DNA of 47,953 nucleotides, from the NCBI RefSeq assembly GCF_004010195.1, contig NC_057760.1, positions 3,997,867 through 4,045,819 of the forward strand, in the 5' to 3' direction. The position numbers and the translations under genes were made by a program. Under the pieces are notes generated by a model. It saw nothing but the letters and a program-made list of their open reading frames with translations, did no database searches and was not told the DNA's origin. The stretch's first letter is position 1; each line of letters starts with the position of its first letter. Origin of the DNA: Chiloscyllium plagiosum. Its lineage: Eukaryota. Of the stretch, positions 36,176-46,730 are shown in pieces.

Positions 36176-37119
36176 CTCCTGCTAACCTGAGATCTTCTTC
36201 CCAACCTCTCCGCCCCCACCCCAGTCTGACCTATCACCCTCACCTTGACCTCTTTCCACCTATCACATTTCCGACGCCCCTCTCCCAAGTCCCTCCTCCC
36301 TACCTTTTATCTTAGCCTGCTGGACAAACTTTACCCATTCCTGAAGGGCTTATGCCCGAAACGTCGATTCTCCTGTTCCCTGGATGCTGACTGACCTGCT
36401 GCGCTTTTCCAGCAACACATTTCCAGCTCTGATCTCCAGCATCTGCAGACCTCACTTTCTACTCGAGGGATAAAGCAGCTTAGTTATAATCCATCCCATG
36501 ATCTGTAAAGAAAGAGTGGGCTTTCATGTGTCAGTTCCTCCACAAGGCAGAAACCAGGCAGCTCAAAGACATGGGTTAATGTTGTTGGCTGGTGCAAAGT
36601 TTCAGAAAAAGATATTCCCAAGATTAGTAAGTATGCATATTCAATATGATTTGCACACAGAACAAAGCATTTTGACTTGAAGGTGTATTGCAGTGTTCAA
36701 AAGACTTAAAAACCCTCAATATTTTTACTTCATCTGGATCGATTTCCTAATTTACTGCTTATCTTCTTCACCACAAATCAAAAACAAACTTGTCATGAAC
36801 AAGATCCAGCGTTGAGAATTACCTGAAATTGAAGGATGCAGTGGGATTTGAGAGAAAAGAGCACCCGAGTGAGCGACTGACACAAAACGCATAGGGATGG
36901 GATAGCCAACAAACCTGGACCACTGCAGTGGGATGGGGAGGTTGGGCATTATGGGAACACCCATTTGAGGACAGGCTGGGCATTGCGGGAATGATGCTTT
37001 AGAGGCAAATTGAAACGTGATCAGTGAAACAATTGGGTGCAAATGTAAACATTAGGATGCAGGTACATTAGTGACATCCATTGGCAGTATATTGAGCAAA
37101 CGTTACACACTCACTCCCC

Positions 37120-38060
37120 TTGCATATGAACATACATGCAAACAAATTACGAAAATAAGTAGGCCACTCAGCCCCTCAAGCCTGTTCTATTTCAATAAGG
37201 TCCTGGCTGATGAGATTACAACACATTCCCACCTGTCCCTATTGTCCTTCCTTCTCTTTACTTAGAAATAACTAATTATTGTGACCTTAAAAACTATTCT
37301 AAATCTCTGGGTCCTTTTGAAGAAGGGAGCACAAATCACACAGATAACAACTTTTCTCCTCATCTGTTTTGTATGGACAACCCTTTAATGTTAAACTGAT
37401 TCAGAGTTGTAGATTTTTTACATAGTGGAATTATTCTTTGCACATTCAGCCAAATTCCCTCAGGATCTTGTACTTCAAATATGCTTTGGCGAAGTCAGCT
37501 CAGATAACCAGTCCATTCAAGGTATGAGTATTAAACCTTCTCTGAATTGCTTTCAACACATTCACATTCTTCCTTAACCTCCAGATGTGGTCTCATCAAT
37601 GCCCTGTATAGATGAAGTATAATTGTTACTTTTATGTTTAGTAACTGCCCACAATTGACAATCACACAATCAGCTTTCCTAATTACTTGCTGTACCTGCA
37701 ACCTAATGTTTTACACTTGGACACCCCAATCACCCCATTGGGTGCTCTCATCATTTAGATTACTGCTTTTTTATTCTTCCCGACAAAATGGACAATTTCA
37801 TATTATAACATTTCCTTCACAGCTCTTTCCTATTTTGTACCATCAACAGTCTCTTCATCCAAGTCATAGCGATAAATTATAAAGGTTGAGTCTGCAGCAC
37901 TGATCCCTGAGGCTTCACACTTGTTATATCCGATCAACCAGAAAAAGACCCATTCCTGGCTAGATGACAGGAAACAGTAGACAGACAATCTTCTACCCAT
38001 ACTGATAATACCCCACAACAAGTTTTTGTTTTCAGCAAGGATCTTTGATGTGACTTCTAA
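37120..38060 (-). mobile_element. Heavily decayed CR1 RT/3' fragment
   Basis: Residual collinear homology to the 11799-12890 element (3' tail AGTAGGCCACTCAGCCCCTCAAGCCTG; AGATGTGGTCTC; CACTGATCCCTG). Confidence 0.6.
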
Positions 38061-38159
38061 TCAAGACCCCAAAATCTTAAGCGATTGAGTGTTGGCCAAT
38101 GTTTAAACTACCCTGCTGCCGAAGGCAGTGGTGAAACCAGAGAAAAACGAAGAAACACA

Positions 38160-38165
38160 TTTAAT
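38160..38165 (-). terminator. Candidate CHTOP polyadenylation signal ATTAAA
   Basis: ATTAAA on the minus strand ~450 nt after the stop, followed by the GU/U-rich TGTGTTTCTTCGTTTTTCTC. An alternative AATAAA lies at 35046-35041. Confidence 0.35.
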
Positions 38166-38614
38166 GTTATGAGCAGGAAAAAAACTACAGCCGATTCTTA
38201 GAGTTCTAAAATTTTATGATAAACAGATTCTGCCACAGTGACAGATTGTTAATGTAGTCTCCACTCTAAAAACAAGGGACAGGAAGGTTTTAACACAGTA
38301 AAAACAACCTTTGAAACTACAATATCCTCAGTCTCTAAGGAAAGAGAATAAACTTTATACAGTGTCATGATCATTACACAATCGAAAAGAACAGAGGGAT
38401 TTCCAAACAGAACCATGAACTTCTCAAAATGTAAAAAGGTCAAAGGAAAGGAATCAAAAAGCAAAACCTTTGATATCCGACCATCTGTCAGTTCAAATAC
38501 AGCTTATATCATTTTCCGAAAGGTCCTCTTTCTGTTTCTTGGATCGTTTTGCTAGATTCTCAAATTCAAGTCCTGATACTATCTGTAATACTAGCATCTC
38601 TCAATTGAACGTTG

Positions 38615-38820
38615 CTAATCATTCGCTTCGCCATCAGCTTGTGCCATGTACGCATCAAGCTCAGCATCAAGGTGGCCTTTTGTCTTCGACATGTATGCAT
38701 CCAGTTGATTGTCTAGCTGCTCACGGGTCAGTGGGGGACGAGTTGCTCCTCTTCCTCGACCCCGACCCCTCCCACGACCTGGGAAGCCACCTCGACCACG
38801 GCCCACTATTCCTCCACGAC
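38615..38820 (-). CDS. CHTOP: Terminal coding exon of chromatin target of PRMT1 (CHTOP/FOP)
   Basis: (G)[70 protein letters not shown] box plus duplicated LDxxLDAYM (UAP56-binding) motif. Acceptor ttttttctcttgccaacctttgtttcag| (phase 1); TAG at 38617-38615. Confidence 0.96.
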
Positions 38821-39227
38821 CTGAAACAAAGGTTGGCAAGAGAAAAAACTGAGGACACAAGAAGTCTGCCAAGGGGGAAGAAATATGGAAATGGGAGTAA
38901 ATGTAAAAAAATTAGAGATTGTTCACTGTGGCAGGAAGAACAGAAAAGCAAAGCATTATTTAAATTGAGAAAACTATCAAGATGTTGCATTAGAAGGAGA
39001 CATGGGTGTTTTTGTAAATGAATCACAAAAGGCTAGCAAGTAGACAGCAAAAAGCAAATCAAATGCTGGTTTTTATCGACTGGAGGACAGGGTATCGAAG
39101 TCTCCTTACTCAACTAAGGATATTGCATTGGGAGTTCAGAGAAGGCTCATTAGGCTAACACCTTGGGGGTTATGCATTATGAGAAAGGTTGAACAGGTTG
39201 TGCCGATATTCACTGGGGGGGTGTAGG

Positions 39228-39968
39228 TTAGCTCACTGAGCTCTTGGTTTGATATCCAGACGTTTCATTACCTGGCTAGGTAACATCATCAGTGGCGACC
39301 TCCAAGTGAAGCGAAGCTGTTGTCTCCTGCTTTCTATTCATATCTTTCTCCTGGATGGGGTTCCTGGGGTTTGTGGTATTGTCATTCCCTGTTCGTTTTC
39401 TGAGGGGTTGATAGATGGTAGCTAGATCTGTGTGTTTATGGCATTGTGGTTGGAGTGCCAGGCCTCTAGGAATTCTCTGGCATGTCTTTGCTTAGCCTGT
39501 CCCAGGATAGATGTGTTGTCCCAGTCAAAATGGTGGTTTTTTTCATCCGCGTGTAGGGCTACAAGGTAGAGAGGGTCGTGTCTTTTTGTGGCTAACTGGT
39601 GTTAGTGTATCCTGGTGGCTAACTTTCTTCCTGTTTGTCCTATGTAGTGTTTGTGGCAGTCCTGCATGGAATTTTGACTAGGACAACACTTCTATCCTGG
39701 GACAGGCTAAGCAAAGACATGCCAGAGAATTCCTAGAGGCCTGGCACTCCAACCTCAACGCCATAAACAAACACATAGATCTAGATACCATCTACCAACC
39801 CTCAGAAATCAAACAGGAAATGATATCAAAACAACCCAGGAACCCCATCCAGGAGAAAGATATGAATAGAAAGCAGGAGACAACAGCTTCGCTTCGCTTC
39901 ACTTGGAGGTCGCCACTGATGTTACCTAGCCAGGTAACGAAACATCTGAATATCAAACCTACAGCTCA
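39228..39968 (-). mobile_element. Penelope/Poseidon-like element (family 4): GIY-YIG fragment with ~290-bp inverted arms
   Basis: Minus translation DCHKHYIGQTGRKLATRIH*HQLATKRHD..HHFDWDNTSILGQAKQRHAREFLEAWHS. ~39237-39530 is inverted relative to ~39672-39968. Confidence 0.9.
39256..39295 (-). ncRNA. Minimal type-I hammerhead ribozyme (family 4)
   Basis: CCA-CUGAUGA-U-GUUACCU-AGCC-AGGUAAU-GAAA-CG-UC^-UGG: stem I CCA/UGG, 7-bp stem II. Confidence 0.85.
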
Positions 39969-41003
39969 ATTGTAGTTATGTTTTACTGCAACTATGTAAA
40001 TGCCTTGTTAGATCATTATCAGATTGTGTACAGTCCTGCAACAAAGGACACATTGACCCTGGAAAGAATGCAGGACTTATTGAGGAGGTGAAATGATATA
40101 CACTGGGCTTGTGTTGCTGAATGCTAAAGGTCAACGGGTAAATCAATCAAGGTTTTAACGGTTCTGAACAGAAATGACAAGCACTTTAAACTGATGATTC
40201 CGATAAGGGAAATCCAGAACAAGAGCACGTAAACGGAAAATCACAGCCTATCAGGAACCATTTCACACAAAGGGCAGCCAGAGGATGGAGAACACAAACA
40301 CACACAATCAGCAGCAAAGGCTATTGCTTGTCATTCACTGAACGTTAACCAAACCAGATAGGTCATCCTTAATTGCTCTAGATGTGGTGGCTGAGTGTTG
40401 TTAGGAATCCCAAGATTTTGACCAAACAAGTGAAGGAATGGCAATTATAATTTCAAGTAAGAATACTGTGCAGTTTGCAAGTGAAGTGCTTCCACCTATC
40501 TTTTGCCCTGACCCTTTTATGTGGTAGATGTTGTGTGTTTGGAGGTATGGGTGGAAGAACCTTTTTGAGTTATTGCACTGTATCTTGCATTCGGTACACA
40601 AATGCTGCCACTGTCTGATGGCTATGGGAGGTGTGCGCTTTGGTATTGCACCGCTAATCAAGTCCTGGACAGTGTTGAACTTCTTTAGTGTTGTTGGATC
40701 TGCACTCATTGAAGCAAGCAGGGAACATTCCACCACACTCCTCACTTGTGCCTTGAAGATGGTGAAAAGATTTTGGAAAGTCAACAGTTGAGTTATTTGC
40801 AGTAGGATTCTTAGCCTCTGGACTGCAACTGTAGACAGTATTACTCTGGCTGGTTCAGTTTCTTGTCAATGATAACTCTTGGATATTGATACCAAGGGAT
40901 TCAGCAATGGCAATTAAACATCAAGGGCAATGGCTAGATTGTCCCATATTGGAAGTGGCCAATGTCTGTCATTTGTTTGATACTCATCAACCCAAGCCTC
41001 ATT

Positions 41004-41432
41004 GTTGTGGTTCTGTTCGCCGAGCTGGAAGTTCTTGTTGCAAACGTTTCGTCCCCTGGCCAGGCGACATCATCAGTGCTTGGGAGCCTCCTGCGAAGCG
41101 CTTCTTTGATGTTTCCTCCGGTGTTTATAGTGGTCTGTCCCTGCCACTTCCGGTTGTCAGTTTCAGCTGTCCGCTGTAGTGGTTGGTATATTGGGTCCAG
41201 GTCGATGTGTTTGTTGATGGACTACAGCGGACAGCTGAAACTGACAACCGGAAGCGGCAGGGACAGACCACTATAAACACCGGAGGAAACATCAAAGAAG
41301 CGCTTCGCAGGAGGCTCCCAAGCACTGATGTCGCCTAGCCAGGGGACGAAATGTTTGCAACAAAAACTTCCAGCTCGGCGAACAGAATCACAACATCGAG
41401 CACCCGAGCTACAAATCTTCACACAAACTTTG
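41004..41432 (+). mobile_element. Penelope-like palindromic insertion (family 3)
   Basis: Inverted arms ~41004-41180 and 41221-41396; 36-nt tail. TSD AACCCAAGCCTCATT at 40989-41003 and 41433-41447. Confidence 0.9.
41040..41079 (-). ncRNA. Minimal type-I hammerhead ribozyme (family 3)
   Basis: GCA-CUGAUGA-U-GUCGCCUGGCCAGGGGAC-GAAA-CG-UU^-UGC; stem I GCA/UGC. Confidence 0.75.
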
Positions 41433-42014
41433 AACCCAAGCCTCATTTTGTCCTGGCCTTGCTCTATATACACAAGGAATATTTCTGTCTGAGGTACCGT
41501 GAATGGAGCTGTCCATTGAGCAACCAAACAAACATCCCCACTTCTGACCTTATGATGGAGGGAAATCATTGATGAAGCAGTTTGAGTGTATGACATTACC
41601 ATGACAAATGACTGCATTGATACCCTAGGGCTGATATGATAAAAGTTCAAAAATCGCAATCATCTTTTCTGCTGGATATGACTTAAACCAGTGGAAAGCT
41701 TTCCTCCGGTTCCAAATTTGGAAGGACTCCTTAAGGCCAGATTCTATAAATGCTGCTTTATGCCCACTGTAGCCCTCTCACCTTATTTCTGAAATTCAGC
41801 TCTGTTATCCATGCTTGGATCAAAACTGGAATGAGGGCAGGAGCTGAGTAACCCTGGTGGAACACAGCAAGTAGTTTATGCCTTTCCAAGTGTGGCTTGA
41901 TAGTCCTGTTGATGAGACCTTCCATCACATGTGCCTAAGCAGTGAGGTCCTGTTCAGCCTGCCTAACCCAACAGGGAAGTACCTTTTGCTGTTTCCCATT
42001 ATACAGTTCATGGT

Positions 42015-42331
42015 AGGACCCTGGGTAGTGTTGTCAAAGAGAGAGGTATGGGGTCAGGGTCATAGTTCTTTGAAAGTTGTGTTGCAGGTAGGCAGTATGG
42101 TTAAGGCAGCATTTAGCACGCTCACCTTCATTGCTCAGACCACTGAGAATAGGAGTTGGGAGGTCATGTTGCTGTTGTACTAGACATTGATGAGAGCACT
42201 TTTGGAGTACTGTGTACAGTTCTGGTCACCCTGCTATAGGAAGGTGATTGTTTAATTGAAGAGGGTATGGAAAAGACTTACAAGGATGCTGCTGAGACTG
42301 GAGAGTTTGAGTTATAAGGAGAGACTGGATA
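42015..42331 (+). mobile_element. CR1 RT C-terminal fragment
   Basis: VQGHSSLKV..RSWEVMLLLY..LEYCVQFWSP. Confidence 0.75.
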
Positions 42332-42569
42332 GAACAAAGAACATTAGAGCACAGGAACAGGTCCTTCTGCCCTCCAAGCCTGCACCAATCCAGATCCTCT
42401 ATCTAAACTTGCTGTCTATTTTCTAAGGATCCCTTCGCTCCCAACCCATTCATGTATCTGTGTAGATACATCTAGACTGACACTATCATTCCTGCCCCTA
42501 CCATCTCTGCTGGCAACGCATTCCAGGCACCCACCACCCTCTGCGTGAAGAGCTTTCCATGTATATCTC

Positions 42570-42797
42570 GGTAGTGGCTCAGTGGTTAGCACTGATGTTT
42601 CACAGCACCAAGGACCCGGGTTTGATTTCAGCCTTGGGCCAATGTCTATGTGGAGTTTGCACATCCTCCTGACGTCTGCGTGGGTTTCCTCTGGGTGCTC
42701 TGGTTTCCTCCCGCATTCCAAAAGATGTGCAGGTCAGATGAATTCGCTATGCTAAATTGCCCGTAGTGTTAGGTGCATTAGTCAGGGGGAAATATAG
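42570..42797 (+). mobile_element. HE1/V-SINE-type SINE 5' part (tail resumes at 45091-45152)
   Basis: GTGGCTCAGTGGTTAGCACTG head and V core. Tail GGGTGGGTTAC..GAAGGGTCTGTTTCCACATTGT..TCTAATC at 45091-45152. Confidence 0.8.
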
Positions 42798-43442
42798 CAG
42801 AAGAAGGAGGCTTGTGTGTTGATGAGGCAAGATGGTTCAGATGAGGCAGTGGAGAGTTACAGATCAGCTAGGAAGGATCTAAAGAGAGTTGAGAAGAGCA
42901 ATGAGAGGACACGATCAGTCTTTAGCAAATAGAATAAAGAAGAACTCTAAAGCTTTCTATAGCTATGTGAGGAATAAGAGGATGACTAGGGTAGGAATAG
43001 GGCCTGTCAAAGACAGAAGTGGGAAGTTGAAGGTGGACCCTGTGGAGATCAGGAGAACTGCTAAACGAACATATCTCATCGGTTTTCACTCAGGAAAAGG
43101 AGAACATTGTAGAGGAGTAGAATGAGGTACGAGATATTAGACTAGAAAGGATCGAGGTTAGTTACAAACAGGTGTTATCAATTCTAGAAGGAGCGAAAGT
43201 AGACAAGTGCCTTGGGCCAGATGGAATTTATTCGAGGATTCTCTTGGAAGCTAGGGGGGAGATAGCAGAGCCTTTGGCTTTAATATTTGAGTCGTCATTG
43301 TCTACAAGGTTTACTACCAGAGGACTGGAGGATTGCAAATGTTGTGCCCTTGTACAAGGAGGGTAGTAGACCTAGACCAGTGAGCCTTCCTTCTGTTGTA
43401 GGGAAGGTTTTGGAAAGGATTATAAGAGATGAGATTTATAAT

Positions 43443-43815
43443 TCCACCTATCACATTTCCGACGCCCCTCCCCACCTTTTATCTTAGCCTGCTGGATGAA
43501 CTCGGATTTCACCAGTTTCCTCATTTCCCCTCCCCCCACCTTGTCTCAGTCAAATCCATCGAATTCAGCACCGCCTTCCTAACCTGCAATCTTCTTCCTG
43601 ACCTCTCCGCCCCCACCCCAGTCTGACCTATCACCCTCACCTTGACCTCTTTCCACCTATCACATTTCCGACGCCACTCCCCCAAGTCCCTCCTCCCTAC
43701 CTTTTATCTTAGCCTGCTAGACAAACTTTCCTCATTCCTGAAGAAGGGCTTATGCCCGAAACGTCGATTCTCCTGTTCCCTGGATGCTGCGCTTTTCCAG
43801 CAACACATTTTCAGC
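43443..43815 (+). mobile_element. Penelope-like 3' region (family 1), rearranged, lacking the tail
   Basis: TSD ATGAGATTTATAAT at 43429-43442 and 43816-43829. Confidence 0.88.
43734..43769 (+). ncRNA. Minimal type-I hammerhead ribozyme (family 1)
   Basis: AUUC-CUGAAGA-AGGGCUUAUGCCC-GAAA-CG-UC^-GAUU. Confidence 0.8.
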
Positions 43816-45690
43816 ATGAGATTTATAATCATCTAGCAAGCAACAATTTGATTTCAGATAGTCAACAGGGTTTCGTCAAGGGCAGGTCGTGTCTCACAAA
43901 CCTCTGAGTTTTTTGAGAAGGTGACCAAGCATGTAGATGAGGGTAGGGCAGTTGACATGGTATACATGGACTTCAGGAAAGCCTTTGATAAGGTTCCACA
44001 TGGTAGGCTTTGGAGAAATTGCAGAGGCATGGAATTGAGGGTGATTTAGCAGTTTGGATTAAACACTGGCTTTCTGAAAGGCGGCAGCAAGTGGTGGTTG
44101 ATGGAAAATATTCAGCCTGGAGTCTGGTTACTAGTGGTGTGGCACAATGATCTGTTTTGGGACCACTACTGTTTGTCATTTTTATAAATGACTCAGACGC
44201 AGGTATAGGTGGATGGATTAGTAAATTTGCAGATGACACTAAAGTCGGTGGATAATGGACAGTTTAGAAGAATGTTACAGATTGCAGGGGGACTTGGGCT
44301 GAGGTGTGGCAAATGGAGTTCACTGCAGCTAAATATGAGGTGATGCACTTTGGGAAGAACAACAGGAAGGTAGAGTACTGGGTCAATGGAACGAATCTTG
44401 GTAGTGTGGATGTGCAGAGGGATCTTGGAGTCCATGTACAGATTCCCTGAAAGTTGCCATGCAGGTTGATAGTGCTGTTAAGGCGGCAAACAGTGTATTA
44501 GGTTTCATTTGTAGAGGGATTGAGTTCCGGAGCCACAGTATCATGCCGCAACTACACAAAACTTTAGTGCCGCCACACTATTGTGGCGTAGTTCTGGTCA
44601 ACATATTTCGGGAAGGATGTGGAAGCACTGGAAAAGGTGCAGAGGAGATTTACGAGGATGTTGCCTGGTCTGGAGGGAAGGTCTTTGAGGAAAGGCTGAG
44701 AGACTTGGGTCTGTTCTCATTGCAAAGAAGGAGGCTAAGAGAGGATTTGATAGAGACATACATGATCATCAGAGGGTTAGATAGGGTAGACAGTGAAAGT
44801 CTTTTTCCTAGGATGATGACGTCAGCTTGTACAAGGGGCATATCTACAAATTGAGGGACATTAGTTTTAAGACAGACATCAGAGGCAGGTTCTTTACTCA
44901 GTGGCAAGAGCGTGGAATGCCCTGTCAACGTAGTTAACTCGGCCACATTCGGGAGATTTAAACAATCCTTGGATGAGAACATGGACAAAGATGAGATAGT
45001 GTCGGGGTACGAGCTGAGAATAGTTCACAGGTCGGCGCAACATTGAGGGCCGAAGGGCCTGTTCTGCGCTGTAATGTTCTGTGTTCTATGAAATGAGTCT
45101 GGGTGGGTTACTGAAGGGTCTGTTTCCACATTGTAGGGAATCCGATCTAATCTTTTCTCCTCTCACTTTGAATTTGTGACCCCTAGTAATTGAGTTCACT
45201 ACTCTGGGAAAACATTTCTTGCTATCCACCCTGTCTAAACTTCAATCAGGTCCCCTCCTCAACCTCCTCCTTTCCAAAGAAAATAATCTCAATATACTCA
45301 ACCTCTCCTCATAGCTAACACCCTCCATATCAGGTAACATCCCAGCAAACCTCCTCTGCACCCTCTCCAAAGCATCCAAATCCTTTTGGAAATGTGGCAA
45401 CCAGAACTGTATACAGTATTCCAAATGTGGCCGAACCAAAGTCTTATACAACTATAACATGACCTGCCAGCTCTCATACTCAATACTCCGTCCGATGAAG
45501 GAAAGCATACCATTGGCCTTCTTGATCATTCTACTGACCTGCGTTGCCACCTTCAGGGAACAATGGACCCAAACACCCAGATCTCTCTGTGCATCAATTT
45601 TCCTCACAACTTTTCCATTTGCTGTATAGTTCGCTCTTGAATTGGATCTTCGAAAATGCATCACCTCACATTTGCCTGGATTAAACTCCA

Positions 45691-46730
45691 TAGAGTCATA
45701 GAAATGTACAGAATGGAAACAGACCTTTTGGTCCAACCCGTCCATGCCGACCAGATATCCCAACCCAATCTAGTCCCACCTGCCAGCACCCAGCCCATAT
45801 CACTCCAAACCCTTTCTATTCATATACCCATCCAAATACCTCTTAAATGTTGCAATTGTACCAGCCTCCACCACATCCTCTGGCAGCTCATTCCATACAC
45901 GTACCACCCTCTGCATGAAAAAGTTGCCTCTTAGGTCTCTTTTGTATCTTTCCCTTCTCACCCTAAAGCTGCCCTCTAGTTCTGGACTCCCCGACCCCAG
46001 GGAAAAGACTTTGTCTACTTATCCTACCCATGCCCCTCAATTTTGTACACCTCTATAAGGTCACCCCTCAGCCTCCGACGCTTCAGGGAAAACAGCCCCA
46101 GCCTCTCCCTGTAGCTCAGATCCTCCAACCCTGGCAACATCCTTGTAAATCTTTTCTGAGCACTTTCAAGTTGCACAACATCTTTCCAATAGGAAGGAGA
46201 CCAGAATGGCACGCAATATTCCAACAGTGGCCTAACCAATGTCCTGTACAGCCCCAACATAACCTCCCAACTCCTGTACTCAATACTCTGACCAATAAAG
46301 GAAAGCATACCAAACACCACCTTCACTATCCTATCTAACTTCAACTCCACTTTCAAGGAGCTATGAACCTGCACTCCAAGGTTTCTTTGTTCAGCAACAC
46401 TCCCTAGGACCTTACCATTAAGTGTATAAGTATTGCTAAGATTTGTTTTCCCAAAATGCAGCACCTCGCATTTATCTGAATTAAACTCCATCTACCACTT
46501 CTCAGCCTATTGGCCCATCTAGACCAGATCCTGTTGTAATCTGAGGTAACCCTCTTCGCTAGACCTCCAATTTTGGTGTCATCTGCAAACTTACTAACTG
46601 TACCTCTTATGCTCGCATCCAAATCATTTATGTAAATAACAAAAAGTAGAGGGCCCAACACCGATCCTTGTGGCACTCCACTGGTCACACGCCTCCAGTC
46701 TGAAAAACAACCCTCCACCACCACCCTATG
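45691..46730 (-). mobile_element. CR1 RT C-terminus plus 3'UTR
   Basis: GVPQGSVLGPLLF, KFADDTK, MEFNSDKCEVLHFG; very similar to 18841-19630. Confidence 0.9.

Larger units (their letters stand above)
35906..36464 (+). mobile_element. Complex Penelope-like insertion (family 1): one inverted and two direct pLTR segments, three hammerhead motifs
   Basis: TSD GAGGGATAAAG at 35895-35905 and 36465-36475. HHR motifs at 35965-36000(-), 36140-36175(+) and 36337-36369(+, 3-nt deletion). Confidence 0.9.
40380..41960 (-). mobile_element. Old LINE RT fragment (CR1/L2 group) interrupted by a Penelope palindrome
   Basis: LFTIFKAQVRSVVEC..TTLKK..VQD; related to 17935-18640. Confidence 0.6.
42798..45090 (+). 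mobile_element. 5'-truncated CR1 (ORF2 RT plus 3'UTR)
   Basis: LANRIKKNSKAFYSYV, PEDWRIANVVPLYK, KFADDTK, 3' tail GTTCTGTGTTCTATG. Confidence 0.9.
42333..45690 (-). mobile_element. CR1 3' part split into 42333-42569 and 45153-45690 by nested insertions
   Basis: 3' tail and WNALP region on the left. The sequence resumes collinearly at 45153 with LVRPHLEYCIQFW and MEFNPGKCEVMHF. Confidence 0.75.

Noticed and set aside
38821..38872. N-terminal extension [17 protein letters not shown] of the CHTOP ORF
   Set aside because: Intronic polypyrimidine tract upstream of the acceptor.
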